Assembly: GCA_964199315.1 (NCBI GenBank)
Contig: OZ116699.1
Coordinates: 28,582,001-28,646,000 of the forward strand
DNA from: Orbicella franksi
Lineage: Eukaryota
Reading direction: 5' to 3'
DNA length: 64,000 bases
The position numbers and the translations under genes are program-made. Of this stretch, positions 1 to 12,200 are shown piece by piece; within the stretch, counting starts at the first letter, position 1, and every line of letters starts with the position of its first letter. The notes below the pieces were generated by a model, which was given only the letters and a program-made list of their open reading frames with translations, was not told the origin of the DNA and did not search any database.

Positions 1-232
1 AACACCAACGAGATAAAAATAAACCATAAAGGAGCAAGGATGGTTAGGGATGGAGAAGATTAACAAGGATTACAAACGACGAATTCCAAAAATTGAAGAT
101 GCGCAAACCGTGACGTAGCTCCTTTAAGCTGCGTGAGGAAAACGGATGGTAAAGTCTTAAGTACCATAGGCTAAAAAGAAACGTGCAAATAACTGAACTG
201 AATATAAAGTAGAAAAGTAAAATAAGGCAAAC

Positions 233-3200
233 CTCACAAAAGGTGACGTAATGTTGATCTGGGTAGAAAAATGCAAATATGATACGAGCATCTTTTTTCT
301 GTAACATAAAATGACATTATCAGAAAGGATTGAGACTATCAGATTTCATATTTTTGAATAGGTTGGTAACTTGGATATTTATAGTTACGCCGGTTTTCTT
401 TGTTTCCCACACAGGATCACATCAGTTACCAAGTGTAAACCTTGGCGCATCGGTGTCTCCCGTAGTTTTTCACACGAGTAGTTTCTGTATTTGACACCAC
501 CGGTCTCGTGTAACTTATACCCAGTTCTCATTTCCCAAAATGCTGACCAGAGTCACCCTCGTAAAATGTTAGGATTCTCCAAGTACTTAATTGTTATTGA
601 CAAATGGAGAAAACAGAAGCTTGATCTGCTTGATAAACTCCAATACCTCGTCATCTTAAACTCAAAAAGATGACAACTACAAGAGCACCTCTTTAATGAG
701 TCACAGGGTCATGTGTTACCTCTCAGGTTTTGTGTCAATCATACCTTAAGGTTTTCTATTGCAAACTTTGGATGATCTTTGTAACTCTCGTAAGCAAGGA
801 CAGTGAAATTAGCAGCCTTTAGCAAGTCAACCAGAGAATTGCTGATTCCCGTGAAGACGTCGTTGTTTTGTTGTAAGATGGCAACTTTGTTCCACTTGAA
901 CCGCCGCAAAATCGCAATTCGCCCCAAGTTGGAAAATTTCTCTGACGGATTTATCCGGAAGTAAAGAGGATAGACCGATTTTGAGGAGAGTAGAGGTGAG
1001 GAGTTCGAGAAGCCAATCTAAGGAAAGTGAAAACGTCAAAATGTAATGAGAAATCTAACTTGAACGTACCCGACTCCTCAAATGTATGATGTCTGTCGTT
1101 AGATCTTGTCAAAAGTCTTTCTAATTAAATTTGTACCTTAACTTCTTGTAAAAATTATCATTTGCTCTGTTTAAACTCCCTCTCTCCTCAAACTTGTCCG
1201 TTTTACCCTAATTTTTTTAATCTTATTTATATCCCTGTAATTGTAATTTATTTTTTCGTTTGTAGTTTACTATGTCTATTATTTTTATTTATTTCTCCGC
1301 TCCTTTCTGGTTCCTCACCTGTACCGAAAGTTAACTAATTTTGTAAATATGGGGGCCAACTAGAAAACCGAATGGTTTATTTGACGCCCATACTTTAACT
1401 TGAATATATGTATGATCAACTGAAAAGGTATACAGTAAACATAAAAAGCTGTAGTTTTATCTGTAAAGGTAAATTGTATGGAAACAAAGTATGAGTGAAT
1501 GAATATTGTACAAGAGAGGATGAAAATTGAGTAAGAGAGTCATTCACCTAGATTGGCCTTATTTTCAAGGTTATTCATCTAAAGGAGCTCTCCCGCGGAC
1601 ACTGTTACCACAAAGTCCGATTCAGCTAACCCAGGATTAGCGAGAATTTTGATTTCAGTTTTGTAACTTTTCGGTGAAGTTTTTGGTTTACATTGTTTAT
1701 ATGAACGTGAGTAATCTCAAACTACGCAAAGCTAAGCAGTCAAAACATTTTTATACAAGAAAAACTGAAACTCCGGTTAACTTTAATCTTGGATTAGGGT
1801 TAACCGAGGGTGAAAATGCATGTAAACCCGCTTGGACTGTCCGCGTGAGAAAAAGTCTCGTTACAGGGTTGGTTACTTCTAGAACCTCCAGGGATTTCAG
1901 AAATTGAAAGTGGTCTGAATAAATCTTGATTGGGATTACCTTAGGAATATGGCCTCTATCGGGTATTAAATCCTTTACCCTTCATCGTATCTTACCGTAT
2001 TATAAGTGTGAAATAAGCAGATGACCTGCAGCTCTTTAAAACTTCTATTTTGATTCGTTCTCGTTAATCTGCACCTCTTTCGTTTTTAGGGTTAGGGGCA
2101 TTGTTTGTGTTATATACCTATTGTTTCGTTTGGCGAGTCATGAAGACCCTTGTAAACTGTGCGTGGTCGCCCATTATAAGTGTGAACGTACTGTATTAAT
2201 GCCATAATGTAGTGTATGTAGGTCTAGCTTAGCTGAATTAATTTGTTTTGCTGCTATTTATCTGACCATGGCGGTGCCCAGCCTGAAAGCTCTTGCTACA
2301 TTTGATTACCCCTCACAAATACATTTGATTTCTTTATGGCTTGATACTTCTTGATATTTTATTACTTTGGTACTTTACCTTATAAATCGTATGTAAATAA
2401 CCTGCATAGCGTAAATAAAGAGTTGAATTAAAATTGAATTACTTCCTAGTAGTATTTACCTTTCATTCATAAATTTACAATTATAAAAGATTACATTGAT
2501 GTTATCTACTAATAATTTTCAGTGCCAAGCATTTAGTAGCAGTGTTATTAAACTTACCTGCACAACATTCCAGTAATGAATAGCCTCTGCCACCGGTAAT
2601 GCTGCTTTGGAACATCCGGGACCCAGGAACATAAGTTTGGGTTTCCCGGATGAAATATATTCCAAGGTTCTTCGGACAGCTTCACCAACGTTGCACTGTA
2701 AAAGGTGAAAATTTAAGTAAGAGGCTAAAGTGATCTCTGTCAGCAAATGGAACTCAATATCCATCAATATCCATCAATGAAAAGTCTCCATCAGTCAAAA
2801 GTCTCTCCCTCCATTTGCTCACAGGGGCATGGATCAAGGGCGCGACTTTTGAAAAGTCAGAAGCTAAATGAGATATTACGTAACAGGAAAAGCAAAAAAC
2901 ATGATTGTTCAGTCAAAATATCTGTACTAATGTTCGGAGGATATTCAGGGCTGTTCTCATGAGTTTACACAGGCACGAGTTTTTGATCTCAAATTGAAAA
3001 CTGAAGTTATCACAATTCACTTTCCCTTGAGAAGCTCACTTACTACATTATTCTTGGTTCTCGGCGGGAATTTCGTCATTAGTGGAGAACATGGTCTTAA
3101 TTATTGCACGCTTTCGATTAAAAATGTAGGGAAACCTCGGTGGTGGTATTCCTTTAACTATGCCACAAATATTAATAACGTAGTCTATGGATAGCATTTT

Positions 3201-3999
3201 TGCAGAAACTTTTCTTAGCTCTTACTGACTCTTTTCAGCTGTTAATTGGTCGAAGCAATACATTTAGGGTTTAAGGTTTTTCTTTATATACACGTAAAAT
3301 TTGTTAAGAGAACGAGAACTAAGTTGGAATGATTATATATCAAGGAAAGACGGAAACAAGGTTTTCATTGAGAACAACAACAAAAAAAGAAATTGTAAAA
3401 TTCTACCCCAAGCTAAGCAAATTACAGGACCTGAAGTGTCAAAAAAATGTTTCAAGCGTCCGTGTTCTCTTCGTATCGTTCTAATCTTTCACAGTTGCAG
3501 TATTACAAATAGGAAAACTGTCCACAAATCCACTACACGAGCGTACTTCTTTCCGTTCTTCTTCTTTTTTTATATTTGTCATGTCCAGTAGTCGTCACGA
3601 CGAGAACAGCAAATACAATTAATTCCTGTCTAAATTCTATGTATTCTACGTATTGTCTAAATCAAAATATCATTCTTAGCAACAAAAATACTGTGACTGA
3701 ATTATAAGAAGACTTTCACTTAAAGGTGCCTTAAAATTTTTTAAAATAAAATAATCATTTGTTTTACCAACCTGAGAATCCTTTATCAAAAGTTCTAAAT
3801 GGTAATCCTTTAGGATACCAGAGCTGTTGTTTATTTCGTCAATGGCCATTTGAACAGCGGGGATGATTCCAGCCGAATTCCATCCACCACGACTAGCATC
3901 GATACCAAACAACCCACCAATGTAGAGCGTTTCTTTCGTTTGACAACAACGAGAAATAACAAGAAGCAGAAAAACGTAATGGAGTCTTGTGTTGCTCAT
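233..3999 (-). CDS. GABA-B-receptor-like class C GPCR, N-terminal Venus-flytrap domain (5' part; gene continues beyond the left edge)
   Basis: Four GT-AG exons, all phase 0: 3999-3772 (signal peptide MSNTRLHYVFLLLVISRCCQT, then LYIGGLF...IPAVQMAIDEINNSSGILKDYHLELLIKDSQ), 2695-2558 (CNVGEAVRR...KLMFLGPGCSKAALPVAEAIHYWNVVQ), 1017-745 (IGFSNSSPLLSSKSVYPLYFRINPS...RFKWNKVAILQQ...AIENLK) and 298-233 (KKDARIIFAFFY...FCE). These motifs follow the known GABA-B ligand-binding domain. GABBR1 versus GABBR2 cannot be decided. Confidence 0.9.
1085..1430 (+). mobile_element. Probable LINE (L2/CR1-like) 3' end remnant in a GABA-B intron
   Basis: T-rich 3'UTR-like tract followed by a stem-loop-like segment (tatgggggccaactagaaaacc..ggttt..gacgcccata). 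Pattern resemblance only. Confidence 0.3.
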
Positions 4000-6531
4000 C
4001 ACTATTTCCTTTGATACACGACGTGCAAGAGCTTGAGTGCTGTTAACAAATGACGAAAGAGCATTGTCAAGTGGAAATTTGAAGCTGACCAAATACTCTC
4101 TTTAAATTGAAAAAAACTTGATGAAAAGGTGCACCTGCTAAAAGGTGTTGATTACAAAGTCATCACTTTGTTAGTTGGAGAGGCTCCCTTTCGTCATTGA
4201 AAATACACAGTGAAATGACTAATCATTGATGGCTTTTCTTGGACATTAGCGCTGACATGAAAAAGGTTTTAAATCAGTTGGCTTAAAATCATTACGCAGC
4301 TGTCTCAGTTTTAATTTTAACCGCTCCAGGGAAAAAGTCATACAAACTGAAAAAGTGGATTTGCTGAAAGCAATGCCTGACTAAACTTATTTGAGAGCAC
4401 ATCAAAATTAAGGTCATCTGTCTACAAGTGTCTTGCTTAATTCAAAACAGGATAAATGCGTCGTGTTTGTCTCCTTTATACCTGATTGTTAGTTGACATG
4501 TTCATTGCAGTTTTATTTTTATATTGCGTAAAGTCAGTTGACTTTTGCTGCTTGTCAGTTAATGAAATGTTAATTTTTATCTTGCTAAGCCGATAAGAAA
4601 GTTTATTGCCCATCTTGTTGCTGTGGTAAACCTTTTATTGCACGGAAAAGAAAAAAATAATGGTCTATAGGAAAATTTCTGAATGCAACTATGCTCTCTC
4701 CTTTTTCTGAAGCCTGTAAGATAGCATCTCAAACAGCGCAATGTATACTACACAGCAAGCACTGTGTGCAGTCATGAATTTTTAAGAAAAGCTGAAATTA
4801 AAAGATGGAAGAATAATTAAGCGAATAATTGAGCTTTCAGTCCAGCTTGACACAAAACCCTCTTTATAACAACTGTTCATGTTTATTAAAACAAAGTAAA
4901 CTGATTTTATAAATCACTTCGTCGAAAATATAGCTCTGCTTACTGCAGCCAGAGCTCTTTTTGTTTGTGAATAGTAACTGTAGAAGACAAATTTCTGACA
5001 GCTGTAAACTAAGCTTTTCGAGTGAAGCTTCTACAACCAACCTGTCTTTCATTATCTAGAAGATGAAGTTTCGAGCGACAATGTTTCTCGTAAATCCCCG
5101 AAATAAATATAATCTACAACGAACGGTGTGTCTCTCTACTCTAAGCGATAATTCACATCGGAATATTTGCATAATTTGTGTTGTCATCATTTAGAAAAGA
5201 CAGTTTATAGAAGCAATCAAGTGAAGCCATGAGCTACCTATTAAACAAGGGTTCTTATGTAGGTTAATGAAGAGTTATCTTACGGCAAGTTACAAAACCC
5301 GAAAGCGCACGAAATTGTGCTTGTTCATGTTTGACAGAATGGTTGGTGTAAGGCGAGCTGCTCACTTAGACCACATATCAATTCATTGCTAACTTCTGTG
5401 CGCTTTTTTTTTTTTTTGGCCTTTATTTGCTCTTTAAAGCACGCACGATTTTATCCAGTAAGCCTGACTTCAAAATGAGATGTTTTCAAATGCATTTAGA
5501 CACTACCTTCAGTGAAGTCGCTCCTAGCTCGTCACAGCGCGATAATAAAAAAAAATACAACAACAACAAAAACTAATATATACTGCATAGTACTATAATA
5601 CTATGATACTTAACTTTTTATCGAAATTATCCTTATCCTTATCCTTAATTATAATCGAAATTATCTTTTTTTCCAGTTCCTGTCGGAGATAGAAAAAGTC
5701 GTTGCTTTTTATCTAAAAATAGACCTGATACAAATCCGTGAAGAATCAGTAGAAATTTGCTGCAAACAAAAATTAAATAAGCCAAAAACAACCAAGAACA
5801 TGGTCAGCTTAGCACAACAGGTGTATCGATGATATTTTTTGTCAAATATTGATTGCTTGGTTATATATACTGTTTTATGCTCTAACCAATGAGACTGAAT
5901 ATGGATATAATGATCTTCTTTTATGAAGTTGGCGGCTGAGTAATCCCAACCTCTTCGCATTTAATTAAGCTTTGTTTATAATTTATAGTTTTATCTGCGG
6001 TTCTTTTCTCCGTAGTTTCCTGTTTGTGCTGTTCAGGTCTTTCTTTCTTTCTTTTCTTGACCAACTTTTACTTTTACAATGTAACGAGTCGAATCTAAAC
6101 GGCGTTTTATAAAACACGTCTGTTCAAATTGGAGAACTGGCATTCAAAGCTAACAAAGTAATCATTTGGAATGTCCAAGAACTGTAGATAATATTAAATG
6201 AGATGATTGTCGTCATCGGTCGTTCAAGATGAAAACCTTCTGCTAGCGGATTATAACCTATTTGGGACCTTTTGTTTTCCTTCGACGGAGCAATTGTCCG
6301 TCGAATTAACATCATATATATGTATGCCACACACGCTCCACACAAACAAGATGAATAAAACTAAACCCCCATAATGGCTTGCTTTCGCTGGAATCGTTCT
6401 ATAGGTATTTTAAGACATGGTACCCAGCCCTTCGGCGGATAATATTTGCACATGAATTGCCTATATGCTTTCGTCAGTGGAGGATGAAAATGCGTGTAAA
6501 GTGCGTTGCGTCGCAGAAATGTGTGACATAA

Positions 6532-6844
6532 GGGAGACGGCGTGGCCGAGTGGTTTAGGGCGCTGGATTTGAAATCTGGAGGTCCCTGGTTCAAATCCTT
6601 CGCCCTACCGCTATCTGGATTTGTTCTCGGTAGCCTCGAGTTGAACTCCTCGGCCGCGTTGTGTAAATAGCCAACTGGTCAGCCTCCCACCAGTTGGGAT
6701 TCTTAACAGTTTATGTTATATTTGAAATATTTCTTTATTTATTTACAGTGTCTCCAATTAGCACATTAGTGCTAAATACATTGACACTTAAATAAGTGAT
6801 TATTATTATTATTACTATTATTATTATTATTATTATTATTATTA
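6532..6844 (+). mobile_element. tRNA-derived SINE
   Basis: tRNA-like head with A box TGGCCGAGTGG (6543-6553), an anticodon-like arm and B box GGTTCAAATCC (6588-6598). It has no 3' acceptor stem. A central hairpin ccaactgg...ccagttgg follows, then a tail ending aaataa plus (att)n. Confidence 0.8.
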
Positions 6845-8024
6845 AAATGTGAGTTAAAAAATATGTGATATGCGTGTCACAATATTGGCTACCCCTTCAA
6901 CCTCGTTGACGGGACTTTTCGGAATCTCTAAGGGAAAAGCTCTGGGAACGAAGTCAGCTACTTCTAGACTCTTTCGAGGTTTCTGAAGGCGGGATTGATC
7001 TAAAAACACATCGAGAGAAATGAGCTTAAGAATAAGGCCTATATGGGTATTTAATCTATTACCCTTCATCCTATCTCGTTTACTATGAAAACAATGATTA
7101 TGAGGTACGTACCGCTGTACATGTCGTAGATTTAATTTCATCTCTGTTGCAGAGCTAAAATAGATCACTGTGACCGTGGAATATCCTTTTATGCGGTTTT
7201 CTTCTATCTTTCGGCGCATCACGTCGCCCCACAGATCAAGTCTTCAATCAGATCGATCTCAATCAGATATCAATCAGATCAATCAATCAATCTTTAATCA
7301 GATATCACTTTATCTAGAAACTCTTGTTCAAATAAAATAAAAGCCTTCCACGTTTACCGCATGACAACAAATTTATAACCGTAAAGTCTGGGTCAAGTCG
7401 CCGTATCATGTTTAAAATTTCGCACTCCACTATATCGGTATATTTTCAATAATCCTTTGTAAGCTTCGATCTCAATTATCTGTCAAGGCTTGTAAGCTCG
7501 CTTTCAACCATGTGGTAGCTCATGGTAATCTTAACTTGTTACACAGGCAGACGGAGACACTAGACACTGGCCATACGGGTAATTCCTTCCTAAATCAGGT
7601 TCGAGTTAGGTCACCGGCCAAACTTCTCTCTTGGAATTTTTAGACGAAGGCTACGCTGATTTTAGAAATCCATAACAAGAGTAATTCTCTTCTGTTTTTC
7701 AGAAAAGAGCAGAAATAAACCCTGCGCCTTTTTCTAAACATAATTTTAAGCATATGCCATTATAGCGGAGCTCCTGCTCGCCGAAGACGCGCGAGCAGAG
7801 CACCATTGGTAAGGAAAATAATTTGGTACTCCATCGAGCCAGAAAATTCTGGTTCTCACGTGACTGTCCTTACGTACAACACTACGTCCGACCGTATGCT
7901 AGCCCAAATGATTCACGAGGACTGCTTTCCATTATGCCAGAGCGACCGGTCAGAGACCAGCGGCACTAAGCGAGGAAAATTGTGCGACAGTTTCCGATCA
8001 AACCAGGTCAACCGAGAAGAATGG

Positions 8025-8025
8025 C

Positions 8026-8061
<36 letters not shown>

Positions 8062-8125
8062 TGATGATGATGATAATAATAATAATGATAATAATAATAA
8101 TAACAATAATAATATAATAATAATT
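8025..8125. repeat. (ATA)n/(ATG)n trinucleotide microsatellite
   Basis: Directly visible; explains the poly-I/poly-M ORF 7806..8117. Confidence 0.95.
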
Positions 8126-8897
8126 TATTTTTAATACATTACATCAGTAGAATCTCAATGCTCTTACAAAAATAATAATAATTTAGGATCCAGTGAAACC
8201 TTTACAATAATTAGTTATAATGTAGAAACTAAACAAAGAAGAGGCTGACATGCTCAAAGATTAAATAAAAAAGGTTTCAAGTCTGTTTTTAAAAATATCA
8301 ACGAATCGGACTGGGCGCTCCTCACGTCTAACTGAAGGTTTCTGATAACTGTTGAACTGTTGTTTTCATTTTAAACGAAGCTTCTTTATAAAGATTCCTT
8401 TCATTCGGCCATTTTTCATTGAAAATTTTATGCTTTAAAAACGAGCAGTATTTGCTCCCATACGTAGTAATTTGCGGATTTTGTTTTTGGAGATTAATTC
8501 CTCGTTTTGTTTGTTCAATTCATTCGGTTTGGTAAAACACCTATTGTGAATTTCATTACAGGTTATTGGTAAAAAGAAAAAAATGGTTAAAAGTTGCGTC
8601 CGATAAAAACATAAGCTAGCAGAAGATGACTGCAAATCCGTCGGTAAAAACACATTTCACGACTTATAAATATTTAACCTGAACCCACCAAGTTTTTTTT
8701 TTTTATATTTTTGGATGTTTTCCGGTTTCTGAACTGTCGTTTCTTGGGTTTATCTTGGATGATAATCTATCTTAATCTAATTTTCTTTTAACATTTCTTT
8801 CATTCGGCCATCCTTGAGAATTTTGTTCTTAAAACTCTCACGTAATGATTTGCATTTTCGGTTTGGTGAAATGCTTATTGGTGAACAGTTTCTTTAA

Positions 8898-9040
8898 TTA
8901 GATAGATAGATAGAAACTTTATTAGGAATGTCATCAACCACCTAGCTGGGGAAAAACTCCCCTACTAATACGGGGGCATAACAAAAACGAGTTAAATAGT
9001 AAAATTTAAATCCAAGTTAAAATATGTTATGAGACTATGT
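8898..9040 (-). mobile_element. Retroposon (LINE/SINE) 3' end with (TCTA)n tail
   Basis: (taga)n followed by aactttatt (minus-strand aataaa + tcta tail); same tail architecture as the LINE at 22580. Confidence 0.45.
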
Positions 9041-9056
9041 ACAGTGGATTTTATTT

Positions 9057-9246
9057 AACAAATAAAGAAGCCCCGACTGTGATCTGTTCTGTTGTAAAGC
9101 ACGCAGGAAGCGGTAGAGCACGAAAGAAGTGTAGGCGGGGAAAACACGAGACGTAGTCGAGTGTTTTCCCCTACTTCTTGAGTGCTCTACCACTTCCTAA
9201 GTGGTTTACAACAGAACAGAACACAGTCGAGGCTTCTTTATTTGTT
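9057..9246. repeat. ~190-bp imperfect palindrome (foldback/MITE-like)
   Basis: Left arm aacaaataaagaagccccgactgtg..ctgttctgttgtaaa..ggtagagcac..aagaagtgtagg..ggggaaaacac pairs with right arm gtgttttcccctacttcttgagtgctctacc..tttacaacagaacag..cacagtcgaggcttctttatttgtt. Confidence 0.85.
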
Positions 9247-12200
9247 TTATGATAAAGAATCAGATAATTTCCCCACGCATTCGGCTGAATTTTCAAACCA
9301 AACTTTATTTTCCAAACGAGGAAAAGTGGCGTCAGCCGTGCACTGTTCTCTGATAAAGCATGCTAAAATAAGCCAATCACAATCCTTGTTAGAATTGTTC
9401 AAATAATTTGATTGGCTAACGAAGCGACAGCTGTCAATCACAAACTGGACTTCAGCTAAGCTTTCAGTTTCGAGAAGTTTGAGCGGCTTTCGAGAGAAGA
9501 GCGATGCCTTCAAAGTTCGCTTTTAAGTTAATTTTTAAATACGGATCTCAAGGCAGGTAAAGGTTTATAGTCCAGAGGAATCCGGCCGTATTGTGGCCCA
9601 TGAAAAACGAGCACTTTTCCAGTGGAAATTACGAAACGCGGAGCTCAAAGCTTGTGGATGAAAATGCGAAATGCCGGGTTGAATTTGAAAGGAGCTACAG
9701 TTATTTACGGCTTGTAGCCGCATGCAGCAAGATTGTCCGAACTAGCGTAACAGTTAGAAAGACTTAACGGTTCCCACTGGTTCTACTTCGAGCACAGAAG
9801 AGAATATCAGAGCAAGTTTTGCACTGACCACTCGTCGGTTTACTTCGCTGAGATGACCGGAGAACGAGCGTTACTACACTGCATGTAAGTGTTGTTTGAG
9901 CAAATGAGCATTTTTAATTGTAAATTTACAAAAATAAAGCTTCTCATCATAAACAGAGACAGTTCAATTGTTTTCTGTCGTTGTTTTACTTCTTAGTATA
10001 ATTTCTGCCTTCGTAACAAAATTAATGTCTTTATCGAAGCACTGTTTAGGTTGAGAATTTGTGTATTTTGCTACAGCTGTACATGTTTTGTCGGCGGGAA
10101 TCTAGCAAAACTTGTTATTTTAGTTCAGTTTTGACACTACTGTTGCTAACAATGGTCTCTGTGAGCCATATTTACTGCAGAAAAATAGCTCGCTTCCAGT
10201 GCGTTTGTCTGAGTCACAGGGGATGTTTAATTTGGGTCAAATTTGTCAAAATTCCGAAGCAAAAATTTGGAAGCTAACTTACCGTCATCAACCCGTGCTC
10301 TGTTCTCTGATAAAGCACGCTGTTTCAGCCAATCAGAGCGCGCGTTATATGGAAACTTTATTATAAAATACAATAATACATACTTAAAAAGATTCTTTAG
10401 GAGGAGCAGAGCGGACAGCCTCTGCAGCCATCATCTAATAATGCATTAAAGGTTATTGTATGGAGTAGATGAGTACTTTTTTATGCGAGGTCCGATTTTA
10501 GGCTTGGCTAAATCTATCTATTTTTACTCTTATTTATCATGTCAGCTGTTAACAATCTAGAAAGGAATTAACAAAACCTGAGGGGTTCATTGAGAAAACA
10601 AAATTTAGTCTATAGCAACAATTTAATTCTATCAGAGTGAAAATACTTCCCTTCCGTTATCATAATTTTGCAATTTCTAAGGGAATTTTTAAAACCTATT
10701 TATCTGGAAAACATAATTTCTCGTGATTTCTCGCCATGAGATTACAAGGTTATTTTTCTGACAAATAATTTTGGACTTGTCAGTCTACTGTTTAAACAAA
10801 AGTAATATTCTGTCGGTGGGTTGGAGGCCGACTATCAGCCTTTTGATAAATATATTTGATTTTTCTATGACAAACACTCGAAGTTGACCAAGAGTTGAAT
10901 ATGGATGCGTAAATGTCATTAAAAACAACATGAAGAATTCTACTTGGAAAACCTCTTACATACGTTATTAATCTATGAGCACTGGAGAAAGATCAAACAA
11001 ACTTGGAAAATGCGTGCCCACGACAAAATGATAAGTTTTACAAAAAATAAAGAAGTGTGAAATTAAAGTAAGATAAATAAATATACAGCAGGTGCTTGCG
11101 ATGTTTTATTTTGGAAAAGGCGACGGATCCGCATCAACACCAATTGAGAAGTATTTCCGCGAAATTAACGTTCGAATGCTCTAAAATTTGTCTAAAATGA
11201 TTCCAAGAATCAAGATTTTTAAAAGGTTTAAAGTGTCAATCTCGATTTTGTGTTCAAGACCGGCTTAGAAATTTGAAATGAAAAGTTACATTATCTCTTT
11301 CATTGGCGGCACATAAACTGAATCTCGAGGCACTTTAGCTGCTAAACTTCATGAAGAAAACTCTTAACTGCTGGATTTTGCCACGTGATTTCAAACAGTT
11401 ATAGAGAATTTTATCCCGTTTGACACTGAAAAACGCTAATTTATATACAAAAATGAAATAACTTACCTTTTTCACCCTAAACTGGGGTAGTAGAGTGTGC
11501 TTTTGGTCGTCTAAATTCGTTTTACCACAAAACAAAGCAACGATAATGTTTTACCGCTCAATATATTACATGATAGTAATTTTCATTAGTTTGTCAGCTA
11601 CAGTAGTTATCCAAAATAAGTAAAATGGTCTTTTGTTCTTACTTTCTCTCATGTCTCACATAGTGGTAAATATTTACCTTAGGCTTGGTATATAAATAAT
11701 TTTGGGTGGGATGAAGAATAAGATAAGAATATTGCGAAATGCAAATGTATACAGTTTCAGTTATATTTATTACCATTGCTTTTATGATGACATGTGATCA
11801 AATATTATAATCAGGGAGCTTTAAAGAGAAAAAGTTCCTTGCAAAGTGATAAATTTAATACCACGAAGTTAGGGGAATGGCTCTAAATAAGTTGACAACT
11901 ACATGGCTGATCCTTAACAATTCATAGTAACGAAGCATGTTTTTTTAAGCATGTTGCCATTAAAGACTATAACAATTAACAACCGAATCAGTTAATGGTG
12001 CTAGAGATTTCACTTCCCAAACAAATATTAAGCAAAGCAATTTAACAGCAGGAATGCGCGAAACTAAATGTTTTAAAGACATCCTATTTCACATTAAGTT
12101 TGTAATTGCAAGAGAAAAGTGCGCCCAAAACCTCTTAGGTGTCATAACTTAATTAAAACCATACGTTCAAATTATCAGTTCCATCGGAAGAGCGGCACAA

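Noticed and set aside
6532-6610. Functional tRNA-Ser(TGA) gene
   Set aside because: No 3' acceptor stem or long variable arm, and it runs into a SINE body and microsatellite tail.
7806-8117. 103-aa ORF with hydrophobic poly-I tail
   Set aside because: The tail is an (ATA)n microsatellite and the rest lies in interspersed repeat.
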